Part shown: in pieces, positions 14,500-27,830 of the stretch
Layout of the letters: every line of letters begins with the position of its first letter
Numbering within the stretch: position 1 is the first letter of the stretch
Source of the DNA: Eledone cirrhosa
Lineage: Eukaryota
Reading direction: 5' to 3'
Length of the DNA stretch: 64,000 nucleotides
Assembly: GCA_964016885.1 (NCBI GenBank)
Contig: OZ024743.1
Location: 98,952,001-99,016,000 of the forward strand
Program-made: the position numbers and the translations under genes
The notes under the pieces: generated by a model
What the model saw: only the letters and a program-made list of their open reading frames with translations
What the model was told of the DNA's origin: nothing
Database searches by the model: none

Positions 14500-17400
14500 T
14501 GTTTACAGCATACATCAACTACCTTCTGCTCTACAATCTCTCCTGTTTACAGCATACATCAACTACCTTCTGCTCTACAATCTCTCCTGTTTACAGCATA
14601 CACCAACTATCTTCTGCTCTACAATCTCTCCTGTTTACAGCATACATCAACTACCTTCTGCTCTACAATCTCTCCTGTTTACAGCATACAGCAACTATCT
14701 TCTGCTCTACAATCTCTCCTGTTTACAGCATACATCAACTACCTTCTGCTCTACAATCTCTCCTGTTTACAGCATACATAAACTACCTTCTGCTCTACAA
14801 TCTCTCCTGTTTACAGCATACACCAACTATCTTCTGCTCTACAATCTCCCCTGTTTACAGCATACATCAACTTCCTTCTGCTCTACAATCTCTCCGGTTT
14901 ACAACATACACCAACTATCTCCTGCTCTACAACCACTCCTGTTTACAACATACATCAACTACCTTCTGCTCTACAATCTTTCCTGTTTACAGCATACATC
15001 ATCTACCTGCTGCTCTACAATCCCCCCTCTTTGCAGCATACATCAACTACCTTCTGCTCTACAATCTCTCCTGTTTACAGCATACATCAATTAACTTCTG
15101 GTCTACAATCTCTCCTGTTTACAGCATACATCAACTACCTTCTGCTGTACAATCTCTCCTGTTTACAGCATACATCAACTAACTTCTGGTCTACAATCTC
15201 TCCTGTTTACAGCATACATCATCTACCTGCTGCTCTACAATCCCCCCTCTTTACAGCATACATCAACTACCTTCTGCTCTACAATCTCTCCTGTTTACAG
15301 CATACACCAACTATCTTCTGCTCTACAATCTCCCCTGTTTACAGCATACATCAACTTCCTTCTGCTCTACAATCTCTCCGGTTTACAACATACACCAACT
15401 ATCTTCTGCTCTACAACCTCTCCTGTTTACAACATACATCAACTACCTTCTGCTCTACAATCTTTCCTGTTTACAGCATACATCAACTACCTTCTGCTCT
15501 ACAATCTCTCCGGTTTACAACATACACCAACTATCTCCTGTTTACAACATACATCAACTACCTTCTGCTCTACAATCTTTCCTGTTTACAGCATACATCA
15601 ACTACCTGCTGCTCTACAATCCCCCCTCTTTACAGCATACATCAACTACCTTCTGCTCTACAATCTCTGCTGTTTACAGCATACATCAGCTACCTTCTGC
15701 TCTACAATCTCCCCTGTTTACAGCATACATCAACTACCTTCTGCTCTACAATCTCTCCTGTTTACAGCATACATCAACTACCTTCTGCTCTACAATCTCT
15801 CCTCTTTACAGCATACATCAACTACCTACTGCTCTACAATCTCTCCTGTTTACAGCATACATCAACTATCTTCTGCTGTACAATCTCTCCTCTTTACAGC
15901 ATACATCAACTACCTACTGCTCTACAATCTCTCCTGTTTACAGCATACATCAACTATCTTCTGCTCTACAATCTCTCCTGTTTACAGCATACATCAACTA
16001 CTTTCTGCTCTACGATCTCTCCTCTTTACAGCATACATCAACTACCTTCTGCTCTACAATCTCTCCTGTTTACAGCATACATCAACTATCTTCTGCTCTA
16101 CAATCTCTCCTCTTTACAGCATACATCAACTACCTACTGCTCTACAATCTCTCCTGTTTACAGCATACATCAACTATCTTCTGCTCTACAATCTCTCCTG
16201 TTTACAGCTTACATCAACTACCTTCTGCTCTACAATCTCGCCTCTTTACAGCATACATCAACTACCTTCTGCTCTACAATCTCTCCTCTTTACAGCATAC
16301 ATCAACTACCTACTGCTCTACAATCTCTCCTGTTTACAGCATACATCAACTATCTTCTGCTCTACAATCTCTCCTCTTTACAGCATACATCAACTACCTA
16401 CTGCTCTACAATCTCTCCTGTTTACAGCATACATCAACTATCATCTGCTCTACAATCTCTCCTGTTTACAGCATACATCAACTACCTACTGCTCTACAAT
16501 CTCTCCTGTTTACAGCATACATCAACTATCTTCTGCTCTACAATCTCTCCTGTTTACAGCATACATCAACTACCTTCTGCTCTACAATCTCTCCTGTTTA
16601 CAGCATACACCAACTATCTTCTGCTCTACAATCTCTCCTCTTTACAGCATACATCAACTACCTTCTGCTCTACAATCTCTCCTGTTTACAGCATACATCA
16701 ACTATCTTCTGCTCTACAATCTCTCCTCTTTACAGCATACATCAACTACCTACTGCTCTACAATCTCTCCTGTTTACAGCATACATCAACTATCTTCTGC
16801 TCTACAATCTCTCCTGTTTACAGCTTACATCAACTACCTTCTGCTCTACAATCTCCCCTGTTTACAGCATACATCAACTACCTTCTGCTCTACAATCTCT
16901 CCTGTTTACAGCATACATCAACTATCTTCTGCTCTACAATCTTTCCTGTTTACAGCATACATCATCTACCTGCTGCTCTACAATCCCCCCTCTTTGCAGC
17001 ATACATCAACTACCTTCTGCTCTACAATCTCTCCTGTTTACAGTATACATCAACTACCTTCTGCTCTACAATCTCCCCTGTTTACAGCATACATCAACTA
17101 CCTTCTGCTCTACAATCTCTCCTGTTTACAGCATACATCATCTACCTGCTGCTCTACAATCCCCCCTCTTTACAGCATACATCAACTACCTTCTGCTCTA
17201 CAATCTCTCCTGTTTACAGCATACATCAACTACCTTCTGCTCTACAATCTCTCCTGTTTACAGCATACACCAACTATCTTCTGCTCTACAATCTCTCCTG
17301 TTTACAGCATACATCAACTACCTTCTGCTCTACAATCTCTCCTGTTTACAGCATACAGCAACTATCTTCTGCTCTACAATCTCTCCTGTTTACAGCATAC

Positions 17401-19870
17401 ATCAACTACCTTCTGCTCTACAATCTCTCCTGTTTACAGCATACATAAACTACCTTCTGCTCTACAATCTCTCCTGTTTACAGCATACACCAACTATCTT
17501 CTGCTCTACAATCTCCCCTGTTTACAGCATACATCAACTTCCTTCTGCTCTACAATCTCTCCGGTTTACAACATACACCAACTATCTCCTGCTCTACAAC
17601 CACTCCTGTTTACAACATACATCAACTACCTTCTGCTCTAAAATCTTTCCTGTTTACAGCATACATCATCTACCTGCTGCTCTACAATCCCCCCTCTTTG
17701 CAGCATACATCAACTACCTTCTGCTCTACAATCTCTCCTGTTTACAGCATACATCAATTAACTTCTGGTCTACAATCTCTCCTGTTTACAGCATACATCA
17801 ACTACCTTCTGCTGTACAATCTCTCCTGTTTACAGCATACATCAACTAACTTCTGGTCTACAATCTCTCCTGTTTACAGCATACATCATCTACCTGCTGC
17901 TCTACAATCCCCCCTCTTTACAGCATACATCAACTACCTTCTGCTCTACAATCTCTCCTGTTTACAGCATACACCAACTATCTTCTGCTCTACAATCTCC
18001 CCTGTTTACAGCATACATCAACTTCCTTCTGCTCTACAATCTCTCCGGTTTACAACATACACCAACTATCTTCTGCTCTACAACCTCTCCTGTTTACAAC
18101 ATACATCAACTACCTTCTGCTCTACAATCTTTCCTGTTTACAGCATACATCAACTACCTTCTGCTCTACAATCTCTCCGGTTTACAACATACACCAACTA
18201 TCTCCTGTTTACAACATACATCAACTACCTTCTGCTCTACAATCTTTCCTGTTTACAGCATACATCAACTACCTGCTGCTCTACAATCCCCCCTCTTTAC
18301 AGCATACATCAACTACCTTCTGCTCTACAATCTCTGCTGTTTACAGCATACATCAGCTACCTTCTGCTCTACAATCTCCCCTGTTTACAGCATACATCAA
18401 CTACCTTCTGCTCTACAATCTCTCCTGTTTACAGCATACATCAACTACCTTCTGCTCTACAATCTCTCCTCTTTACAGCATACATCAACTACCTACTGCT
18501 CTACAATCTCTCCTGTTTACAGCATACATCAACTATCTTCTGCTGTACAATCTCTCCTCTTTACAGCATACATCAACTACCTACTGCTCTACAATCTCTC
18601 CTGTTTACAGCATACATCAACTATCTTCTGCTCTACAATCTCTCCTGTTTACAGCATACATCAACTACTTTCTGCTCTACGATCTCTCCTCTTTACAGCA
18701 TACATCAACTACCTTCTGCTCTACAATCTCTCCTGTTTACAGCATACATCAACTATCTTCTGCTCTACAATCTCTCCTCTTTACAGCATACATCAACTAC
18801 CTACTGCTCTACAATCTCTCCTGTTTACAGCATACATCAACTATCTTCTGCTCTACAATCTCTCCTGTTTACAGCTTACATCAACTACCTTCTGCTCTAC
18901 AATCTCGCCTCTTTACAGCATACATCAACTACCTTCTGCTCTACAATCTATCCTCTTTACAGCATACATCAACTACCTACTGCTCTACAATCTCTCCTGT
19001 TTACAGCATACATCAACTATCTTCTGCTCTACAATCTCTCCTCTTTACAGCATACATCAACTACCTACTGCTCTACAATCTCTCCTGTTTACAGCATACA
19101 TCAACTATCATCTGCTCTACAATCTCTCCTGTTTACAGCATACATCAACTACCTACTGCTCTACAATCTCTCCTGTTTACAGCATACATCAACTATCTTC
19201 TGCTCTACAATCTCTCCTGTTTACAGCATACATCAACTACCTTCTGCTCTACAATCTCTCCTGTTTACAGCATACACCAACTATCTTCTGCTCTACAATC
19301 TCTCCTCTTTACAGCATACATCAACTACCTTCTGCTCTACAATCTCTCCTGTTTACAGCATACATCAACTATCTTCTGCTCTACAATCTCTCCTCTTTAC
19401 AGCATACATCAACTACCTACTGCTCTACAATCTCTCCTGTTTACAGCATACATCAACTATCTTCTGCTCTACAATCTCTCCTGTTTACAGCTTACATCAA
19501 CTACCTTCTGCTCTACAATCTCCCCTGTTTACAGCATACATCAACTACCTTCTGCTCTACAATCTCTCCTGTTTACAGCATACATCAACTATCTTCTGCT
19601 CTACAATCTTTCCTGTTTACAGCATACATCATCTACCTGCTGCTCTACAATCCCCCCTCTTTGCAGCATACATCAACTACCTTCTGCTCTACAATCTCTC
19701 CTGTTTACAGTATACATCAACTACCTTCTGCTCTACAATCTCCCCTGTTTACAGCATACATCAACTACCTTCTGCTCTACAATCTCTCCTGTTTACAGCA
19801 TACATCATCTACCTGCTGCTCTACAATCCCCCCTCTTTACAGCATACATCAACTACCTTCTGCTCTACAA
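14500..19870. repeat. Tandem duplication, period 2667 bp (60x44+27)
   Basis: Paired markers: ACAGCAAC 14691/17358, TTG starts 15031/17698 and 16994/19661, 27-bp monomers 15518/18185, and a shared CAATTAAC variant. Ends are approximate. Confidence 0.9.
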
Positions 19871-20479
19871 TCTCTCCTGTTTACAGCATACACCAACTAT
19901 CTTCTGCTCTACAATCTCCCCTGTTTACAGCATACATCAACTTCCTTCTGCTCTACAATCTCTCCTGTTTACAGCATACATCATCTACCTGCTGCTCTAC
20001 AATCCCCCCTCTTTACAGCATACATCAACTACCTTCTGCTCTACAATCTTTCCTGTTTACAGCATACATCAACTACCTTCTGCTCTACAATCTCTCCTGT
20101 TTACATCATACATCAACTACCTTCTGCTCTACAATCTCTCCTGTTTACAGCATACACCAACTATCTTCTGCTCTACAATCTTTCCTGTTTACAGCATACA
20201 TCATCTACCTGCTGCTCTACAATCCCCCCTCTTTGCAGCATACATCAACTACCTTCTGCTCTACGATCTCTCCTGTTTACAGTATACATCAACTACCTTC
20301 TGCTCTACAATCTCCCCTGTTTACAGCATACATCAACTACCTACTGCTCTACAATCTCTCCTGTTTACAGCATACATCAACTACCTTCTGCTCTACAATC
20401 TCTCCTCTTTACAACATACATCAACTACCTGCTGCTCTACAATCCCCCCTCTTTGCAGCATACATCAACTATCTTCTGC

Positions 20480-23400
20480 TCTACAATCTCTCCTGTTTAC
20501 AGCATACATCAACTACCTTCTGCTCTACAATCCACCCTCTTTACAGCATACATCAACTACCTTCTGCTCTACAATCTCTCCTGTTTACAGCATACACCAA
20601 CTATCTTCTGCTCTACAATCTCTCCTGTTTACAGCATACATCAACTACCTTCTGCTCTACAATCTCTCCTGTTTACAGCATACACCAACTATCTTCTGCT
20701 CTACAATGTCTCCTGTTTACAGCATACATCAACTACCTTCTGCTCTACAATCTCTCCTGTTTACAGCATACATCAACTACCTTCTGCTCTATAATCTCTC
20801 CTGTTTACAACATACACCAACTATCTTCTGCTCTACAATCTCTCCTGTTTACAGCATACATCAACTACCTTCTGCTCTACAATCTCTCCTGTTTACAGCA
20901 TACACCAACTATCTTCTGCTCTACAATCTCTCCTGTTTACAGCATACATCAACTATCTTCTGCTCTACAATCTTTCCTGTTTACAGCATACATCATCTAC
21001 CTGCTGCTCTACAATCCCCCCTCTTTGCAGCATACATCAACTACCTTCTGCTCTACAATCTCTCCTGTTTACAGTATACATCAACTACCTTCTGCTCTAC
21101 AATCTCCCCTGTTTACCGCATATATCAACTACCTTCTGCTCTACAATCTCTCCTGTTTACAGCATACATCAACTAACTTCTGGTCTACAATCTCTCCTGT
21201 TTACAGCATACATCAACTACCTTCTGCTCTACAATCTCTCCTGTTTACAGCATACATCAACTAACTTCTGGTCTACAATCTCTCCTGTTTACAGCATACA
21301 TCATCTACCTGCTGCTCTACAATCCCCCCTCTTTACAGCATACATCAACTACCTTCTGCTCTACAATCTTTCCTGTTTACAGCATACATCAACTACCTTC
21401 TGCTCTACAATCTCTCCGGTTTACAACATACACCAACTATCTCCTGTTTACAACATACATCAACTACCTTCTGCTCTACAATCTTTCCTGTTTACAGCAT
21501 ACATCAACTACCTTCTGCTCTACAATCCCCCCTCTTTACAGCATACATCAACTACCTTCTGCTCTACAATCTCTCCTGTTTACAGCATACACCAACTATC
21601 TTCTGCTCTACAATCTCTCCTGTTTACAGCATACATCAACTACCTTCTGCTCTACAATCTCTCCTGTTTACAGCATACATCAACTACCTTCTGCTCTACA
21701 ATCTCTCCTGTTTACAGCATACACCAACTATCTTCTGCTCTATAACCACTCCTGTTTACAACATACATCAACTACCTTCTGCTCTACAATCTTTCCTGTT
21801 TACAGCATACATCATCTACCTGCTGCTCTACAATCCCCCCTCTTTGCAGCATACATCAACTACCTTCTGCTCTACAATCTCTCCTGTTTACAGTATACAT
21901 CAACTACCTTCTGCTCTACAATCTCCCCTGTTTACAGCATACATCAACTACCTTCTGCTCTACAATCTCTCCTGTTTACAGCATACATCAACTACCTTCT
22001 GCTCTACAATCTCTCCTGTTTACAGCATACATCAACTAACTTCTGGTCTACAATCTCTCCTGTTTACAGCATACATCATCTACCTGCTGCTCTACAATCC
22101 CCCCTCTTTACAGCATACATCAACTACCTCCTGCTCTACAATCTCTCCTGTTTACAGCATACACCAACTATCTTCTGCTCTACAATCTCCCCTGTTTACA
22201 GCATACATCAACTTCCTTCTGCTCTACAATCTCTCCTGTTTACAACATACACCAACTATCTTCTGCTCTACAACCTCTCCTGTTTACAACATACATCAAC
22301 TACCTTCTGCTCTACAATCTTTCCTGTTTACAGCATACATCAACTACCTTCTGCTCTACAATCTCTCCGGTTTACAACATACACCAACTATCTCCTGTTT
22401 ACAACATACATCAACTACCTTCTGCTCTACAATCTTTCCTGTTTACAGCATACATCAACTACCTGCTGCTCTACAATCCCCCCTCTTTACAGCATACATC
22501 AACTACCTTCTGCTCTACAATCTCTGCTGTTTACAGCATACATCAGCTACCTTCTGCTCTACAATCTCCCCTGTTTACAGCATACATCAACTACCTTCTG
22601 CTCTACAATCTCTCCTGTTTACAGCATACATCAACTACCTTCTGCTCTACAATCTCTCCTCTTTACAGCATACATCAACTACCTACTGCTCTACAATCTC
22701 TCCTGTTTACAGCATACATCAACTATCTTCTGCTGTACAATCTCTCCTGTATACAGCATACATCAACTACCTTCTGCTCTACAATCTCTCCTGTTTACAT
22801 CATACATCAACTACCTTCTGCTCTACAATCTCTCCTGTTTACAGCATACACCAACTATCTTCTGCTCTACAATCTTTCCTGTTTACAGCATACATCATCT
22901 ACCTGCTGCTCTACAATCCCCCCTCTTTGCAGCATACATCAACTACCTTCTGCTCTACGATCTCTCCTGTTTACAGTATACATCAACTACCTTCTGCTCT
23001 ACAATCTCCCCTGTTTACAGCATACATCAACTACCTTCTGCTCTACAATCCACCCTCTTTACAGCATACATCAACTACCTTCTGCTCTACAATCTCTCCT
23101 GTTTACAGCATACACCAACTATCTTCTGCTCTACAATCTCTCCTGTTTACAGCATACATCAACTACCTTCTGCTCTACAATCTCTCCTGTTTACAGCATA
23201 CACCAACTATCTTCTGCTCTACAATGTCTCCTGTTTACAGCATACATCAACTACCTTCTGCTCTACAATCTCTCCTGTTTACAGCATACATCAACTACCT
23301 TCTGCTCTATAATCTCTCCTGTTTACAACATACACCAACTATCTTCTGCTCTACAATCTCTCCTGTTTACAGCATACATCAACTACCTTCTGCTCTACAA

Positions 23401-25260
23401 TCTCTCCTGTTTACAGCATACACCAACTATCTTCTGCTCTACAATCTCTCCTGTTTACAGCATACATCAACTATCTTCTGCTCTACAATCTTTCCTGTTT
23501 ACAGCATACATCATCTACCTGCTGCTCTACAATCCCCCCTCTTTGCAGCATACATCAACTACCTTCTGCTCTACAATCTCTCCTGTTTACAGTATACATC
23601 AACTACCTTCTGCTCTACAATCTCCCCTGTTTACCGCATATATCAACTACCTTCTGCTCTACAATCTCTCCTGTTTACAGCATACATCAACTAACTTCTG
23701 GTCTACAATCTCTCCTGTTTACAGCATACATCAACTACCTTCTGCTCTACAATCTCTCCTGTTTACAGCATACATCAACTAACTTCTGGTCTACAATCTC
23801 TCCTGTTTACAGCATACATCATCTACCTGCTGCTCTACAATCCCCCCTCTTTACAGCATACATCAACTACCTTCTGCTCTACAATCTTTCCTGTTTACAG
23901 CATACATCAACTACCTTCTGCTCTACAATCTCTCCGGTTTACAACATACACCAACTATCTCCTGTTTACAACATACATCAACTACCTTCTGCTCTACAAT
24001 CTTTCCTGTTTACAGCATACATCAACTACCTTCTGCTCTACAATCCCCCCTCTTTACAGCATACATCAACTACCTTCTGCTCTACAATCTCTCCTGTTTA
24101 CAGCATACACCAACTATCTTCTGCTCTACAATCTCTCCTGTTTACAGCATACATCAACTACCTTCTGCTCTACAATCTCTCCTGTTTACAGCATACATCA
24201 ACTACCTTCTGCTCTACAATCTCTCCTGTTTACAGCATACACCAACTATCTTCTGCTCTATAACCACTCCTGTTTACAACATACATCAACTACCTTCTGC
24301 TCTACAATCTTTCCTGTTTACAGCATACATCATCTACCTGCTGCTCTACAATCCCCCCTCTTTGCAGCATACATCAACTACCTTCTGCTCTACAATCTCT
24401 CCTGTTTACAGTATACATCAACTACCTTCTGCTCTACAATCTCCCCTGTTTACAGCATACATCAACTACCTTCTGCTCTACAATCTCTCCTGTTTACAGC
24501 ATACATCAACTACCTTCTGCTCTACAATCTCTCCTGTTTACAGCATGCATCAACTAACTTCTGGTCTACAATCTCTCCTGTTTACAGCATACATCATCTA
24601 CCTGCTGCTCTACAATCCCCCCTCTTTACAGCATACATCAACTACCTTCTGCTCTACAATCTCTCCTGTTTACAGCATACACCAACTATCTTCTGCTCTA
24701 CAATCTCCCCTGTTTACAGCATACATCAACTTCCTTCTGCTCTACAATCTCTCCTGTTTACAACATACACCAACTATCTTCTGCTCTACAACCTCTCCTG
24801 TTTACAACATACATCAACTACCTTCTGCTCTACAATCTTTCCTGTTTACAGCATACATCAACTACCTTCTGCTCTACAATCTCTCCGGTTTACAACATAC
24901 ACCAACTATCTCCTGTTTACAACATACATCAACTACCTTCTGCTCTACAATCTTTCCTGTTTACAGCATACATCAACTACCTGCTGCTCTACAATCCCCC
25001 CTCTTTACAGCATACATCAACTACCTTCTGCTCTACAATCTCTGCTGTTTACAGCATACATCAGCTACCTTCTGCTCTACAATCTCCCCTGTTTACAGCA
25101 TACATCAACTACCTTCTGCTCTACAATCTCTCCTGTTTACAGCATACATCAACTACCTTCTGCTCTACAATCTCTCCTCTTTACAGCATACATCAACTAC
25201 CTACTGCTCTACAATCTCTCCTGTTTACAGCATACATCAACTATCTTCTGCTGTACAATC
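20480..25260. repeat. Near-tandem duplication, period 2518 bp (56x44+2x27)
   Basis: Paired markers: TCCACCC 20534/23052, TACCGCATAT 21118/23636, 27-bp monomers 21424/23942 and 22375/24893, ORF starts 21844/24362. Confidence 0.9.
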
Positions 25261-25271
25261 TCTCCTCTTTA

Positions 25272-27830
25272 CAGCATACATCAACTACCTACTGCTCTAC
25301 AATCTCTCCTGTTTACAGCATACATCAACTATCTTCTGCTCTACAATCTCTCCTGTTTACAGCATACATCAACTACTTTCTGCTCTACGATCTCTCCTCT
25401 TTACAGCATACATCAACTACCTTCTGATCTACAATCTCTCCTGTTTACAGCATACATCAACTATCTTCTGCTCTACAATCTCTCCTCTTTACAGCATACA
25501 TCAACTACCTACTGCTCTACAATCTCTCCTGTTTACAGCATACATCAACTATCTTCTGCTCTACAATCTCTCCTGTTTACAGCTTACATCAACTACCTTC
25601 TGCTCTACAATCTCGCCTCTTTACAGCATACATCAACTACCTTCTGCTCTACAATCTCTCCTCTTTACAGCATACATCAACTACCTACTGCTCTACAATC
25701 TCTCCTGTTTACAGCATACATCAACTATCTTCTGCTCTACAATCTCTCCTCTTTACAGCATACATCAACTACCTACTGCTCTACAATCTCTCCTGTTTAC
25801 AGCATACATCAACTATCATCTGCTGTACAATCTCTCCTGTTTACAGCATACATCAACTACCTACTGCTCTACAATCTCTCCTGTTTACAGCATACATCAA
25901 CTATCTTCTGCTCTACAATCTCTCCTGTTTACAGCATACATCAACTACCTTCTGCTCTACAATCTCTCCTGTTTACAGCATACACCAACTATCTACTGCT
26001 CTACAATCTCTCCTGTTTACAGCATACATCAACTACCTTCTGCTCTACAATCTCTCCTGTTTACAGCATACATCAACTACCTTCTGCTCTACAATCTCTC
26101 CTGTTTACAGCATACACCAACTATCTTCTGCTCTACAATCTCTCCTGTTTACAGCATACATAAACTACCTTCTGCTCTACAATCTCTCCTGTTTACATCA
26201 TACATCAACTACCTTCTGCTCTACAATCTCTCCTGTTTACAGCATACACCAACTATCTTCTGCTCTACAATATTTCCTGTTTACAGCATACATCATCTAC
26301 CTGCTGCTCTACAATCCCCCCTCTTTGCAGCATACATCAACTACCTTCTGCTCTACAATCTCTCCTGTTTACAGCATACATCAACTACCTTCTGCTCTAC
26401 AATCTCTCCTGTTTACAGCATACATCAACTACCTTCTGCTCTACAATCTCTCCTGTTTACAGCATACATCAACCCCCTTCTGCTCTACAACCTCTCCTGT
26501 TTACAGCATACATCAACTCCCTTCTGCTCTACAATCTCTCCTCTTTACAGCATACATCAACTACCTTCTGCTCTACAATCTTTCCTATTCACAGCATACA
26601 TCAACTACCTTCTGCTCTACAATCTCTCCTGTTTACATCATACATCAACTACCTTCTGCTCTACAATCTCTCCTGTTTACAGCATACACCAACTATCTTC
26701 TGCTCTACAATCTTTCCTGTTTACAGCATACATCATCTACCTGCTGCTCTACAATCCCCCCTCTTTGCAGCATACATCAACTACCTTCTGCTCTACAATC
26801 TCTCCTGTTTACAGTATACATCAACTACCTTCTGCTCTACAATCTCCCCTGTTTACAGCATACATCAACTACCTTCTGCTCTACAATCTCTCCTGTTTAC
26901 AGCATACATCAACTAACTTCTGGTCTACAATCTCTCCTGTTTACAGCATACATCAACTACCTTCTGCTCTACAATCTCTACTGTTTACAGCATACATCAA
27001 CTAACTTCTGGTCTACAATCTCTCCTGTTTACAGCATACATCATCTACCTGCTGCTCTACAATACCCCCTCTTTACAGCATACATCAACTACCTTCTGCT
27101 CTACAATCTCTCCTGTTTACAGCATACACCAACTATCTTCTGCTCTACAATCTCCCCTGTTTACAGCATACATCAACTTCCTTCTGCTCTACAATCTCTC
27201 CGGTTTACAGCATACATCAACTACCTTCTGCTCTACAATCTCTCCTGTTTACAGCATACATCAACTACCTTCTGCTCTACAATCTCTCCTGTTTACAGCA
27301 TACATCAACTCCCTTCTGCTCTACAATCTCTCCTCTTTACAGCATACATCAACTACCTTCTGCTCTACAATCTTTCCTATTCACAGCATACATCAACTAC
27401 CTTCTGCTCTACAATCTCTCCTGTTTACATCATACATCAACTACCTTCTGCTCTACAATCTCTCCTGTTTACAGCATACACCAACTATCTTCTGCTCTAC
27501 AATCTTTCCTGTTTACAGCATACATCATCTACCTGCTGCTCTACAATCCCCCCTCTTTGCAGCATACATCAACTACCTTCTGCTCTACAATCTCTCCTGT
27601 TTACAGTATACATCAACTACCTTCTGCTCTACAATCTCCCCTGTTTACAGCATACATCAACTACCTTCTGCTCTACAATCCCCCCTCTTTACAGCATACA
27701 TCAACTACCTTCTGCTCTACAATCTCTCCTGTTTACAGCATACACCAACTATCTCCTGCTCTACAATCTCTCCTGTTTACAGCATACATCAACTACCTTC
27801 TGCTCTACAATCTCTCCTGTTTACAGCATA
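25272..27830. repeat. Distant copy of the window start (~1-2560), offset 25271 bp
   Basis: ACTACTTTCTGCTCTACGAT at 101/25372. ORF peptides starting at 1054 and 26325 are nearly identical over ~480 aa. Shared rare variants: AACCCCCTTC, CCTATTCAC, CTCTACTG. Confidence 0.88.
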
